A stretch of 46,872 nucleotides of DNA, filler included, from Jimgerdemannia flammicorona (GCA_003990765.1; 2 parts of 2 records of this genome joined end to end with filler, not necessarily neighbours in it); one strand, 5' to 3'; positions 10,201 to 23,228 are shown, numbered from the whole stretch's first letter. Translations and numbers: made by a program. Notes: a model not told the origin generated them from the letters alone.

Positions 10201-12433
10201 TGGTGTCACATTGATAATCGGCGCCCTCGTCAACATCTATCTCGGCATTACCTACTTCGATCCCACTACAATTTTGGCGAAGGTTTACTTGGGTTGGCTG
10301 GGCATACTCGTGGCCGTCTTCGCGATCAAGCAAGTCTTGTTCTCGTGGCAAGCTACGCGGAACCGGAAGAAGGGACTGGAAGCCAAGGCAAGCGAAGACA
10401 AGCTAGGTATGAGACAATTAATTAATGGTGAGGTGATGGATAAGCTCACGTTCATCACCTGGAATGATTTCAACGAACGCGTAGCAAGCGGCGCCGTTCT
10501 CGTCATGGTGGATGACTTTGTCTTCGATATTATGGGCTGGGTGACCTCCCACCCTGGAGGATCGATGATTCTCAAGCGTGCCAATGGGACAGACATCACC
10601 AACGACCTTTTGGGACTTCGCCGCGATACCGATGGCGTGCCGAAGAAAAAACCGCCACTGCGTCGCCAGGGCTCGGGACGCGGTCCAAAAGACGGGAAAG
10701 AAAAGGATGAGTTCGGCTTCTCCTCGGGACTCGAAAAGTACCTGGCGCCTACGGACAAGGAAAAATTGAAGCAAGCCAGCACACAAGTTACTGGTGTAAC
10801 TTCCAAAAGAGGCAGCCAGAACTTCTTCGCCAGTATGCTTCCCGGGGGCTCGCTTGCCTCTACAATGGATTATATCAACTCTATTTTCTTCCAGCCAGGC
10901 GAGATGGCATGCCACGCGCATTCCGACAACGCCAAACGCAAGCTCGCCTCTATGGTCACCGCCCGTATAGACAACTCGGACGCGATGGGCCTCCCAAGCC
11001 CCAACCTGCTAAGCCGTCGCAACGGCCCGGGATCGACCCCAGGGTCACCCCCGGGCAAGGTTGTGTCTCCGAGTCCGGCGCCAGACGCGGTATTCCCAAA
11101 GTCGATCGTGCCGTTCTTGCTTCGGGCCCCTGCCATGCGCAATCAGTTTCGCCGATACGTTCTTATTGACAAGGTAAACGTCGCGCTCGGTGAGCAACCG
11201 GTGGTGGCGTTCACGTTCTCGCCGGTACATACGGTCGGGGAGGATTTGGGTTTACCTACACTACCGGGGCAATATGTGGAGTTAATGTCACAGATTCGGC
11301 AGGAGGTGGTTAAGCGGCCGTACACCATTGTGCAAGGTTCGGTGAGCATGGAGTTCACCATCTACGTCAAAATCTATGCGAACGGTAAGATGTCCAGTCA
11401 CCTCAATTTGGAGCGCCAGGTTAAAATGGAGATCAGCGTTCGCGGGCCCTTCGATATAACACACCGCGTCGAATTTGCGGACATCATCTGGCGACGACCC
11501 AAGGACGTTGATCCTAACCTTGCTCTTCGACAAGACTCGATCATGTTGAACCCGGAACGTGCCGATGGACGGTGGCGACATGTGTACGCTATCGTTGGAG
11601 GCACAGGAATCACGCCGATTCTCCAACTAATTCAATACTACCAGTACGTTCAGAAGGAAGAGCGCAAACGGAGCGCCAAATCAGCGTATTCTGCTGCACT
11701 CGACTCCCCACAAGACCCCCCGATCGTCACTTGGATCAACATCCTTTTCGCCAACCGCACCATCCTGGACGTTTTCGAAAGCGGGCAACTCGAATCCCTT
11801 GCGACAGACACGGGGAACCCGTACCTGCGGATTACGATTAGCTACGTGTTCTCTAAGCCGCCAGACAACTGGCAAGGTCTGAGTGGTCTCTTGGATCGGG
11901 AAAAGGTGGAGGAGTGGGTACGAATTTGCCAAGAGCAATCGACGAACGAACATCAGAACAGCGTGCCGAAGCCCCCAATACAAGGAAAAAAGTTGTCCGT
12001 TGACCAACTGAAAAACCGTGGAGCCATCCACAAGAGCCACACAATCCGCGAAATCACGCAAAGTTCTTCTCCAGCCGGATCGTCGGCACGTGGTACGGGC
12101 CAGCATCGTTTACGCCCACAGCAGGAGCGGCAACAACGGGCGGCGCAGGAGCCCGAGGTGCCAACAATGTCTGTAACTCTTGGGGACATGGAGATAGTGT
12201 CCAATAACAGCGGGAATCCGGACAAGATTGAAGATATCTCGATGCTGCCACTGTCGAGATCGCCAACGGCTGTTGGAATCGACGAGATTGCTGGTATCTC
12301 TGGGGACGAGACTCGGCAGAATGTAGTGATTATCTGCGGCCCGGATAAAATGATGGGTAGGGTGAAAACCATCTTGACGCAGATGGATGTAGAGGAGATT
12401 AAGGAGAACAGCTGGGTTCTTACATTGGATTGA
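7268..12433 (+). CDS. Multidomain membrane oxidoreductase: signal peptide + animal-type heme peroxidase-like + DOMON + cytochrome b561 + cytochrome b5 + FAD-binding + NAD-binding (cb5-reductase type); exons 7268-7928, 8042-9827, 9937-12433; ~1647 aa
   Basis: GT-AG introns 7929-8041 and 9828-9936 join the three ORFs in frame (4944 nt), giving IYG/SND and IMR/FAKHW. Motifs: TGFLDASPIYGS, LREHN, FRYGHS, RARDQGL, LRDSDRFWYE; GWFGIGL..SMAGAD..YHG; four b561 His; HPGG..HS; RPYT, GKMS, GGTGITP, ICGP. Confidence 0.9.
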
Positions 12434-14339
12434 AAGTGCTGCGGCATTTTAATCCCCCATGTACTTTTCAATCCGTTTGTAAAATCTAAAAATAACCGCT
12501 TATCGAATCTTGCAGTTGCCGTTATCTGTACTACTATAATTATTAACTAGCACAATAACCATTTAAAAAGTATCATCTGCAACAAGCGGATCTCCTTGTC
12601 CGACGTGCCTATGGAGCAAAGTCTTCAGTAAGCAATCTGGCCAAATAAAACCAAGGCATCCTATTCGGACACCGACGCAGTAATAATTGGCGATGAGCGC
12701 GAGCAGCGTCCACCAAAGCAATATCGCTACCTTAACTCAGGCTCAAATAGCATCGCCCCTCCCCCTCCCCGACAAGATTCAGGGACGACCTAAACTAGGT
12801 CGCTGAACACATTCCACAATTCCCAAAATACCCATTTGCTACGATTTCCTTTTTCGCTATGGCACGCACAACATTGATTCTTTTATTTTTCAAGGATAGC
12901 AGGGTTTCCTTTCCACTTGGTGCATTCGCATTTATCAGCCACTCAAAAGTAATGTGCGAGACGTCACTCTTCTTTCATGCAGCGAACAAAATACAGGTTA
13001 ACCAAAAATTTACACAGAAGGCAATAGTTCGCCGTTCAATCAAAAAAGTATACAAAAAAGAAACCCCCAAACGAACTCTACGCGTAACCCTCCTTCACTC
13101 TACATTGCTGCAACCCGTTCTCCCGTCCTTCCACCTCGCCCCTAGCCTCGCCCTGTCGGATCGCTCAGCTGTCACGCCGATCTCCGGGACCAGTGTTCCC
13201 CCGAGTCGACTGGTTTATACCGAGCGTATGGACACCTTGGGGTTTGCAACTCGTTAATTTGTGGTAACGTCAGCAATATTAACGTCATACCTAAATATCT
13301 AAATCAATCGCAAAACGTAAAAGCATTATCAAAAACAATATTCTACAATAACATACGCGTCTCAGCAAGGGTTTGAACTTATCGTCGAACTTGGCGAAGC
13401 CAGTCAGCGAAGGGTGACGGAGGCGGCGGTAGAGGCGGGGAGTTGTCGTGAAGGATGACTAATGCATCTGCCTAATTAAGCTGAATTGGCATGCCTTGTA
13501 CATATTAAATTCTGAGACGTAATATTCCCTAAGAAAAATGTCGCGATAATTAGAAATTATTGATGACCTATATAGCTTGGTGATCCCGGCGGGGTCTGAG
13601 GTTTGGTGGCTGTCGATAATCGACGTTCTCCACGCCAGCGGATTTGCTTTTTGTTAGGTACACCATAAGCCTCCAATTTGGGCCGCCCATTAGGTCTGCC
13701 GAGCGTGTCATCTGAGACCCGCGACCCCATCGATGACGTCTTCCTCGCCTCCTTGTTCGTCTGTGGGCAACTAACGAATATCCGACATGGTCATCAACTC
13801 TCTCAACCTTGGCCTCAACTAGCACATTCTGATCAAGGAGGTTACTATTGCCAAAAAATTCTACAACGCCATTGCAATTCTCAACCATCCGTAATATCAG
13901 TTAACCCGACAACCTCATCACAACTCTAGACATAAGGGCCAATTACAACGGTCCTTTCGCTAACATCATTCCCACCTTTGCCCCGAATCACCAAGTCCTG
14001 CATACCAGCAGCATCGAACGTCTCAACCGTCCATGCATATGGCGCGTATAGCTCAGAAAGTGGACGTACAGTGCGCCTAGATCGTTACCCTTGACCAAAG
14101 TGAGGATTTTCTAAACGTGTAGGGCTAGATATTGGAATATTTCCTTAAGAGATTCGGACATGTGAATCGCTGCCAGAAATGGAACAAATGGATGACGCGA
14201 CTGTACTTGTTCTTTTTTAAATCATTATGTACAAAGTTCCTTGGGCTCGTTGTTTTCTTGAAAATTACTACACAATACCCGCGCCATCACCGAATGTTGT
14301 ATGCGGTAAATTACATGTATTGCTGTAAAATATTTTTGT

Positions 14340-14376
<37 letters not shown>

Positions 14377-15537
14377 CTTGCGCCCTCCTCTCCTGTGTTG
14401 TCTTCGATTGTATCCGTTTCTTGACAGGTCATGGCTTCTGCGTCACAATTAGCAGCTCCTCAATGTATGCATTTCAGCTCGCTAATAATCTCACCTGCTT
14501 ACACCTTACATTCACGGCGCCGTGTTTGTCGTCCACGGCCAAGACACGCCTCCAACTGTTTACGTTATGGCTCAGGGGCTTAACGGTTTTTTTTTTCAAA
14601 ACGGGAAGGGTTCTGCTCATGCTTTCCCTAATCCGGCATGACCCCATACATGTCGTCATTAAGAGGGGTATGGCGAGGGCGTCGCAGTCATTGCAATTGA
14701 TGGTACGTCCAGAACGACACTCACATTGACGAGTACCAATTAGCATGCCTAAGCATTCTTCAAAGCCATCAGACAAAAAATGGCAAGACAATTCGGGGCC
14801 CTATCACAACAACATACTAGCGCGAACTGAATGGTGCTTGTACGTGGAGATGGTCGAGCGATATTTTTTCGTTCTAGCACCATCGTTTTGGGAATAATCC
14901 GACGCTGACAAACGTAAGACGAGATATACCGGCGTGGGAAAGATATACACATTCCACCTCCCATTTTGGAGAACCTCCAAAATTTTCGATACTTGCCAAA
15001 TTCCGCAACATCAATTTCCTGGCTTATCAATCGACTTGCGATCATCAACATAGGGTTACCGCCATCTCTCCTCCATTATAGGATTCCTGGAAAGTATCTT
15101 CTGCGCGTGCGCTAATGGAAAAATCCGTTTCTCATTTCCACCACCTCACAAAGCGAAAGTTCGTGCCATATGCAAAAGGTCCACTGGAAGTTTGTACGTC
15201 GATTCACTCGCTTAGGAAACAAAAACCGCTTTGTTCAAACGCATAAGTTGAGGTCATACATGAGGTGGCCACTTTTGTTTTCCTGTTTCTTTAAAAGTGG
15301 TTGGGATATTTGCAACTCGATATGTGGCTTAGACAACGTCCTCCATCCTACGCCATTATTGTTTACGTCACTCATCAACACTCTTATATTACACGCTATG
15401 TTATCAATAATAAACAATTGTCAAGAACCCTTAATTATTGTAGTATATATTTCACTATAATTTTTTTTTTTTTTTTTTTTTGGCTATCTATATCCTAGAA
15501 GGAAGTACACGTGTAAATTTTATGATAAAAGTTTATA

Positions 15538-17758
15538 TCATTTCCGTCTTGCACTATCCGTGTCGGTAATGTCCTCATCGCCAATAACAGTAGTATTCTC
15601 CTCCTCTTTCGATTCCTGCAGACTCACATTACCCTCCTCCATCTGCTTCTCGGCGGTAACTGGCGTCTCCTCAACCACCACCACCTTAATGTTCTCTTGC
15701 TCCCTATTTTTGTTCGGTTTGCTGCGAATGAACAGAATGGCAACGATCAGCGCCAAGCCAATAATGCCTGTCCCAGTCCACAGCGCCGCGTGGTACCCCT
15801 TCATTAAATCCGCCCCGGTCGTGCCCGGCGTGTTGACTGACGTGTCTACGGCTGTCAAAATTGCTAGACCTAGAAGTACAGAATGGAAGGCAATGAGTTT
15901 TTATCGAATTTGAAAATCGGCGACACGACGGATTGCGGGAGGGTCAAAACGTATACTAACCCAATCCGCCGCCTATTTGGAAGGCTGTGTTGAGCAGACC
16001 GCCCACAATTCCTGCCTCGCTCTTTGGTGCCGCATCTTGAAACAATATGGATTGCGTTAAACGTAGATGACGGTGGTCAATGTACAAAATATTGGAAAGG
16101 TGGAATTGTATCCTACCTATAGCTGCGATCATGACTGATGCGTATACGGTTGAAAGACCCGCTACGCCGACAACGAAGCTGGGAAATGCTCTACTCCAGT
16201 ACTGGTCTTCGGTATAATAGAACCCAATGATGACGTTGCCTAAACGAGAGGGGTTGGGTCGTGCGATCAGTATTTGGATTCTTCATGAGAAGAGAAGATG
16301 ATTCTACAAAATTTACAAAAGGCCTAGACCTACCAATTGTGCCGATAAACAGGCCTGCCATCAGTGCTACCTTGATGTTGAAACGGTGGATAATTTTTTC
16401 GGATGCGACGCCCATGATTGATGCAATAATACCTGGACACGGCGATGCGGAAATTTTTGAAATATTAGGATATTACAATGTAAGTCCATATGTACCCGAA
16501 TAATCAGAATGATGTATAATATGAACTTACCAAGAGGCAAGTAATGGACAGCCGTGCCAAGCGCAGAATAATGAAACACATCTTGGAAGATAAGGGTGAC
16601 AAAGTACATGTACCCCTGGAAGTAACCCATAACGCAGCTCGCGATCACGAACGCGGGTGCGAAGTTTGGCAATGTCCATATCCAAGGCGGCATAAGCGGC
16701 TGCCTGATCTTGAACTCAACAACAATAAACGCCACCAGTAAGAGCACCGACACAATTAGCAGCGAGATAATTCGCGGGTTTGCCCATCCCGATGCGTTAC
16801 CATCCGTCAGGACGTACACCAGAAGTAGCATCGACGCCGTCGATAGACCTGCGCCGAAAATGTCGATCGTCTTCTTTTCTGTCGATATTGTGGGCGCGTC
16901 ATCGTTGTCGTCTTCTTCGCTCTTGGATGGAATTACGAGAATCGAGATCACAGCCATGAGCCCAGAGATCATCGCCGAGATATAGAAGAGCCATCGCCAG
17001 CCGAGAGGGCTTTCTGTTACTGCACCGCCGATGATCAGGCCTACTACAAAACCGATTGCGCCGGTGGAGGCGAAGAAAGACATGGCTTGATTTCGCTCGC
17101 GGCCAATTTTGTAATTCCGTAGGATTAGGGCTACTGCGTTGGGAATTGTCGATGCCGCCCCGATGCCTTGCAGTCCTCTAGCAATTATTATCATCGTTGC
17201 GGAATTCGAGTAACCCGTAACCACGGAGAAAATCGTGAACCTGTGTCCATCGGAGCGAAATGTCAGTAAAATTGATGGAGCCAGATTTGCGATAAAAAAA
17301 TGCAAGTTCCAACATCACGTACCAGAGTAGGCCTAGTACGAAGAAATTTCGATGCCCGTACACCTGCGAAAAGAAGTAGAAGATCATAATTTGTAAGCCA
17401 TTGTTTTCTGACAATAGTTTGCAACATTGAAAGCAGCGACAACTTACATCACCCAACCGGCCTGCCAACAGCAGGAATCCTCCGAAAGTTAGTGCATACG
17501 CAGATATTACCCACTACAGAGAAGGAAGGGAACAAGGATTTGAGTGCCTGGAGTATAACGCCGAAATGGGGATATGACATCATGATCTTTAAGAAGACGC
17601 ACCTGAAGACTCCCAACCGTGAACCCGAGCTCCTGCTGGATACGCGGCAGAGCCACGTTGGCGCCGGAGAGGTTAATCGCATCAAGCAGCTGGGCGAGAC
17701 AGAAGGTGGGAAGCAAAAGCGGGCGCAACTTCTTTCTTGTTATTTCTAGGAGTGTCAT
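15538..17758 (-). CDS. MFS transporter, DHA2 (14-TMS, EmrB/QacA/ATR1-like) family, multi-exon; start could extend to ATG 17962
   Basis: LDAINLSGANVALP (motif D1-like), spliced WVISAYALTFGGFLLLAGRLGD/VYGHR (motif A), ARGLQGIGAA (motif B), GFVVGLIIGG..LGWRWLF (motif C); several short GT-AG introns; stop at 15538. Confidence 0.9.
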
Positions 17759-19969
17759 GGTCGTAGTGCGTTTTTTTTGGGGGGGGAGGGGGAGAGGGGT
17801 GGAAAAGGAAGAGGAGGAAGAATGGTTTTTTGTGGACGGCAGGGTGGAAAGTGGGCTGGATTTTATAGATAATGAGGCGGGCAAGGGCAAAGGCGACGGT
17901 GACGAGCTGACAAATGGCATAGTTGATAGAACGAGATCGATTTGTGACTGCCGCGCCGCCATATCTGGACTTTCCCGATCACATACTGACTACATAATGT
18001 ACTGCGGCGTCGGCCCGGTTAAATTTTTCCGCACCAACGAATTTAGGATTACTGCGGTACCTGATTATCAGGAGTAATATACACAAGCCATTCCTAAACC
18101 AGTTAGTGACGGGCATTTTAAAAACGTGCAGGTTACGCCCAATAGAAAATGCCTTTATCCGCAATCTGACGTAGCTGTCAAGACATAACGTTCACATGAG
18201 CACGGCGGGTTATTCAACCGCTTCACCATAAATCTTCTCGACTGAAAATTGATTCAAATTGCCTACACCTATTCAATGTTTTCCTCCCTCCACTTCGTCC
18301 TCTACAAAATCACGCACCGTTCTAGGCCTACCGCATTTACAGGTGCTAAGATTGACGGGAATTATCTGTGTGATTGTTTGCTATTGGTCAAATGGTAATA
18401 ATTGGCTCGAGTAAAAGATGGGTAACAAGGGGACTATCAACAAGGAGTCGGAGAAAGTTCGCACTAAGAGTATCGCAAACTACTTATGACACCCGCAGAA
18501 CATCTACCTGCCGCAGAACAACGACCTGGAGATAGGCGTTCATTGTGCAAGTGCGCAGCGTTAGGTGACTGCTTGTAGATTATTTCGACCGACATACTTT
18601 CGAGATTCAGCTAGGGGTAAGTGTGGTGTTCTGTTCAGTGACTCGGCCAGCACGAGTTCACTCTCAGTGTCAACACGTCTCACTGAAACGGGGGATGGAT
18701 GAGCAAGCACGCGTTGATCACTAGTTGGAGCTCATCAGACAGTAGCAAACAACAGTTCACTCAATTCAAACATAAAAAAAATCCAGCGTAGGCTGAGCCG
18801 TGAGAAGCAGCGTCCACATAGTCGTATCAGTGTCAAGTGTAAATCGAGCTTGGTTGGTATCCTTATTTATCCCTCCGGTCCTCCGGTTAAGATAGTAGAA
18901 TAAAGGTGGCTTGTGGTTGTCCAGAAATTTGTCGCTAATAAAAAGAGCAGTCTGCAATCAGAAAAAATGTCGTATTTAGCGCGACGCCTTTGCTAATGAA
19001 CTTCTTAAGTGAAACGGCATAATACGTCTCGCCGAGCCTGAAAATTGGCGGAATCCTATCTTGCCTGAATTCACGCGAATTCCCATAGTTCAAGTCTTCA
19101 AATCCGAGCTATTTTAGTCTCACACCCATCCTATATATATAGCCATTTTCCGCCTCTCTAAATATACTATTGATTACGTAAAGGGTCACCGCTTAAGCCT
19201 TCACGAACCCCTCAAGTGTACATAGAGCTGTTCTACTTTCGGAGAGCGTAGAGCGATTTCTCCAGCGATCATCGTCAACCTGAAATTCAAAGCGTCACCA
19301 AACACGTGTTTTACAAGGTCCACACGTGTTAGGTCAGGAGCACGTGTTTGGTCGGTTCACATGACGAAGTTGTGATCTCCACGTGACGATGGTGCCATGC
19401 TGGAAACTATGCTAACTGAACGAATTTCACTTGTATACCTTCATCCTCGATTGTACATCTACATGGTGTTATTACGTATCAAATTTCAAATGTGAACATA
19501 TTTTATTTTAAAATTTGGATGCAAATTGAAATTAGTTCTCAAATTAATATAAATATTTTAAATTAAATTAAATTAAATAAAATTTGAGTGAATTTATTCT
19601 GTTCTAAGAACTACTTCATATAAATAATTTATTAGTAAAATATATAGTTTTTTTATATTATAAATAACTTTATAATATTAATATATGAAAATATATCTTA
19701 GCTTTTTAAAATTTAAAAATTAAATATATAATGTAAATTAGAGATAAGAATTAGAAGAGATATATATTTGATTATAGTATCTAAATCTGATTTTTAAATA
19801 TAGTATAAGAAAAATATTATTAGAATAGTAACTTACTATATAAATATATAATAATACTATTCTATTTATTTTATATTATTTAATAGTAATATATAAAATA
19901 TGTGATCTATATAAGTTCACTCTTTTATAATAAATGTTAAGAGCTCTACTAGTGCTAAGTAATTATAAT

Positions 19970-20134
19970 TAGTACTCTTAATGAATTTAATCAAAGATCT
20001 AATTCAATTCAATTCAAATCAAATCCAAGGCTAATTTGATTCAAAATTCAATTTGAATCTTATTATTCAAAATATAATAACTCAATAAAAGTACATCCAT
20101 ATTTAACAATCTTTAGCTTATTAAATTCCTCTAT
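19970..20134. mobile_element. One arm of a fold-back MITE (same family as 27717-28041), cut at its centre by an LTR insertion
   Basis: Matches the reverse complement of the right arm of 27717-28041, from TAGTACTC to TTCCTCTAT. Confidence 0.7.
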
Positions 20135-20580
20135 TGTAACATAGCAAATGCTAAGATGGGCAAGTACATCAGATTTCTTTATCTTGAATTCTTGTCTTCT
20201 TGACTCCCAGAGTCAGTAGTTCCTTGAGGTCAAATGTGTTTTTAAAGAGGTAATCTCAAAGGTCCTTTTATCAGTATACTTGTTCTTTTTCTAACACTTT
20301 CGATCTGAGGTTTATTCACTTGAAGATATTGGGTTATTTATACAAGTTTGCTAGCTAAGAGATGGCTACTGAGTTACGCGGCTAAGTTATGAGTCATTTA
20401 GACAATGTCTAGAAATTTAGACAATGTCGAAATGCTATACTAAATTGGGATGTTTGATTTGGAAATTTAGACAATATCGAAATTGGCAACTGCTAACTAT
20501 AAACTATACTACTTTGGGAATGGGTGCAATCAAGTGTCTATTCCCTATTTCCTTCTTCTTAATTCAGCTATACTGTTACA
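20135..20580 (-). repeat. 3' LTR (446 bp), related to 2895-3362
   Basis: TGTAAC...GTTACA termini; shared blocks such as TTCGATCTGAGGTTTATTCACTTGAAGATA and CTTTGGGAATGGGTGCAATCAAGTGTCTATTCCC. Confidence 0.88.
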
Positions 20581-21079
20581 ACTTCCTCCTGAATAGATAG
20601 TCTCATCTCTGAGGCATCTATTCAAACTCCCATGCTTCGACTGTCTGTATGGTTTTGTACTGTTCAATTTGTTGCATGACTGTCTCCCAATGATGTCTCC
20701 TTATTTTATCGTAGTCGGTAAGGGTTACTCCTTGCAGATGGGCTAATGCTGATTCATCTTCTCAAAATAGCTTATGGATCCTTTTGGTGATAGTGATCTG
20801 TGAGTAGGAGAGTTGGCACTCTGCGATCCAGTCTTCCTTGGTCTTTGCTGAGTCCTGGTTGAGCACCCATCCAAGCTTGAAGTACTCTTGGAACTCTGCC
20901 TGATGTTGGTAAGCACTAAAATGTGAGATCTGAGAGAGATGAGTCTGCACAATACTCTGAATATCCTCATAGTATGCCTCTATGGTCGGAGGCTCGGTGG
21001 TGTGCCATTGTCTTTCAATAGCCCTTTGTGCAGCACTAGTGATCTTGAGTACTGCTGCAGGGCTCTGGTTGTTGGCCAT
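20576..21079 (-). pseudogene. Accessory ORF (unknown family) downstream of integrase, ~167 aa with 3 in-frame stops
   Basis: ORF 20762-21079 reads on through a TGA: EYFKLGWVL...ITKRIHKLF*EDESALAHLQGVTLTDYDKI; it aligns by eye with the ORFs at 21743, 35702 and 37531. Confidence 0.65.
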
Positions 21080-21453
21080 GATACTTCTTGAGTCAGTTTC
21101 GGTGAATGGTGGTGAGGATTATTGTATCTGAGGGCTTTCATAGTCAGAAAGTAGTCCCTTTTATATCTTACACCAGGCAAGGTCCTTCCCATTTAGGCTC
21201 CAGTTTTTGCGACCAAGAGGCTTCTACCATATTCCAATATACCAGGACTTCATCTCCTATCTTGATAATCTCCAGAAGCTTGTGGGTTTTTTCTGCATTG
21301 CTCCATTATAGTGCCTGTGCCTTGATTATGTAATCTTCTGCCTTTTTTCTAATTTGATGCAATCTCTATATCTCCATATCCATATGCTTTCAGATTGCAT
21401 CATTACCTGCTGACAAACTTCCACCAGAACCTTCTTCACTGAATAGCATTTCT

Positions 21454-23228
21454 TGTAAGCGTACAACCTCCAAGCCACCGAAATTATACGTCACCCTCTG
21501 AACAAGCCACTGAAATCACATGTGACCTCCGAACAAATCTGGAAATCACCTGCTTGATCACAAAGCTGAGTCAAACCGAAGTCACAGCGCACAAAGCTGA
21601 GTCAATACGAAGTCACAGAACACAAGATCTACACAAACGGAACCTTACCAATCAGGACCAAATGCATATATACTGAGCACCGAGACGCGTCAAGTCAGAG
21701 AACCAAAACAAACAACAAACCACAACTTCCAAACATACAAACATGACCACTGAGATCTACAACCGCATCCGCGCTGACATTTGGAATGCCATTGTCAACC
21801 ATGCCACACCCCCTCTGCCCCTTATGAATATCCATAGCCTGGCACCCCTCTACTTTGTGGAAGCCTGATGGAACGCCCTGAACATGCTTAGCGAGGCTCA
21901 CCGAATCGGACAAATCTCAAGCTACTACCAGATCGGCCACCTCCTGGAAGACATGGTCGAACACCACCATGATACAGACATTACCCAGATGTCTCAACAC
22001 CAGAAGCTCATCGCCCGCAAACATCGAGAACTCTTCTATGAGTATAAAACCTTTATTCCACGCCTCCGAGTCACTACCAGCGAAATGGTTGCTACCCTGT
22101 CCTACGGCCAAATCGATGACATGATACAAGAAATCAACCACAAGTACCTCAAGTATGTCAAAACCATAGACAGAACCTTCCCGCACCCCGATGACCATAT
22201 CCTGCAAATGCCTCAAGTCGGATACGCCATGAAGGATGTCTACGATATAATCCACTTCGATGAAGACGAAGCAGAAGACAATGATCCCTCTGACACCGAC
22301 ATGACCTCTAGCCAAGGATCTCTGCCAACTCTGATCACTCTGCCAACCTTGCCGATGAACTTACAACAGTTCATAACCACATACGAGACTTATTGGGATA
22401 ATGACCACTGGCACGAATACCAACCCGCGTTCACCCCTGACTACTTCAACTACAATGAAGAGACCGGAGAACACAACCTGTACCTTCAGACAACCCTCGA
22501 GATTGAACCAACCACTCCACCACCCGAGTACGAGCGACTTGAATCACAGCCGCCAGCTTACTATAACCCCGTGACTCATAGTGCTGTAACCTATAGAAGG
22601 TACGCAGATAGCGAATCCGATGAAAGCGAAGACAGTACACCCATCCTTCGCCCAGCAATACCTTATCCAGCATACGAAACAGATGATGCTATCCTATGGG
22701 ATGGAGATGAAGTCCCAATGTATTACTACCTCAGCCAACAAGGAGAAGTAATCCACAAACTACTATTCCTAGACGACCACTTCATCAGAGATGATGCAAT
22801 TGATAGTGATGTCATTGAGGACTACCCAGACAGTGCCTAAACCTATAAATAGCCTAGCAGTCATAGTATAGTTAGATTAGCCCTGTATGACGTGACTGTG
22901 AACTGACTCAGCAGTCAGACGATCTCTTGACATGTCAGATCACACTTGTACTACATGACTGCATTCTGACTCAGCAAGGCACTTAGTGCTATATCCATAT
23001 CTAGCATAGTCCAGATAGCCCTCACTAGTATAAATACCCCCTCCCCCAGACCTCAGAATCTCAAACTCGAACACACAAGAACATTCCTGAATACTTCCCC
23101 CACAATATCCCTTCACACAACTACTCCTAGTATAGCAATATCATGAATAGCGAATAAACCTATTTCATAACCCACAAACCACTCTTAAGTAAATCCGCTC
23201 CCTGTTAGGTCCTACTCCTAACCCTGTC
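21454..23228 (+). mobile_element. Probable long, gene-containing LTR of a further family ('D') inserted into the family A integrase; right boundary uncertain
   Basis: Begins with TGTAAG exactly where integrase homology stops; repeated CAAAGCTGAGTCA; TATA boxes at ~22844 and ~23028 and AATAAA at ~23153; no partner LTR or TSD visible before the gap. Confidence 0.5.
21743..22840 (+). pseudogene. Accessory ORF (unknown family) with long acidic/Pro-rich tail, 365 codons with one in-frame TGA (21866)
   Basis: ATG 21743 is in frame with ORF 21884-22840; core YYQIGHLL...IARKHRELF...IPRLRVTT...LS. Confidence 0.7.

Larger units (their letters stand above)
20135..21453 (-). mobile_element. 3' end of a family A-related Ty3/Gypsy element: integrase C-terminus, accessory ORF, PPT (20581-20590), 3' LTR
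   Basis: 21080-21450 encodes RLHQIRKKAEDYI...VEASWSQKLEPKWEGP, homologous to 43760-44080; purine tract AGGAGGAAGT abuts the LTR. Confidence 0.85.

Noticed and set aside
12859..15498. Short ORFs between the redox gene and the MFS gene
   Set aside because: No recognisable domains or consistent exon chain; they may be pseudogene debris but cannot be supported.
7268..17758. Redox gene plus MFS transporter as a functional gene cluster
   Set aside because: They are convergent neighbours 3 kb apart with no shared promoter or biosynthetic gene; adjacency alone is not evidence.
18766..18957. Minus-strand ORF with a faint Kelch-like GG...FTLDTDTTMWT pattern
   Set aside because: Single short match, no ATG start and no further repeats found.
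2895..20580. LTRs at 2895-3362 and 20135-20580 as the two ends of one element capturing the host genes
   Set aside because: The PBS and PPT lie on the outer sides, so each LTR belongs to an element extending away from the island. The LTRs are also only partly similar.
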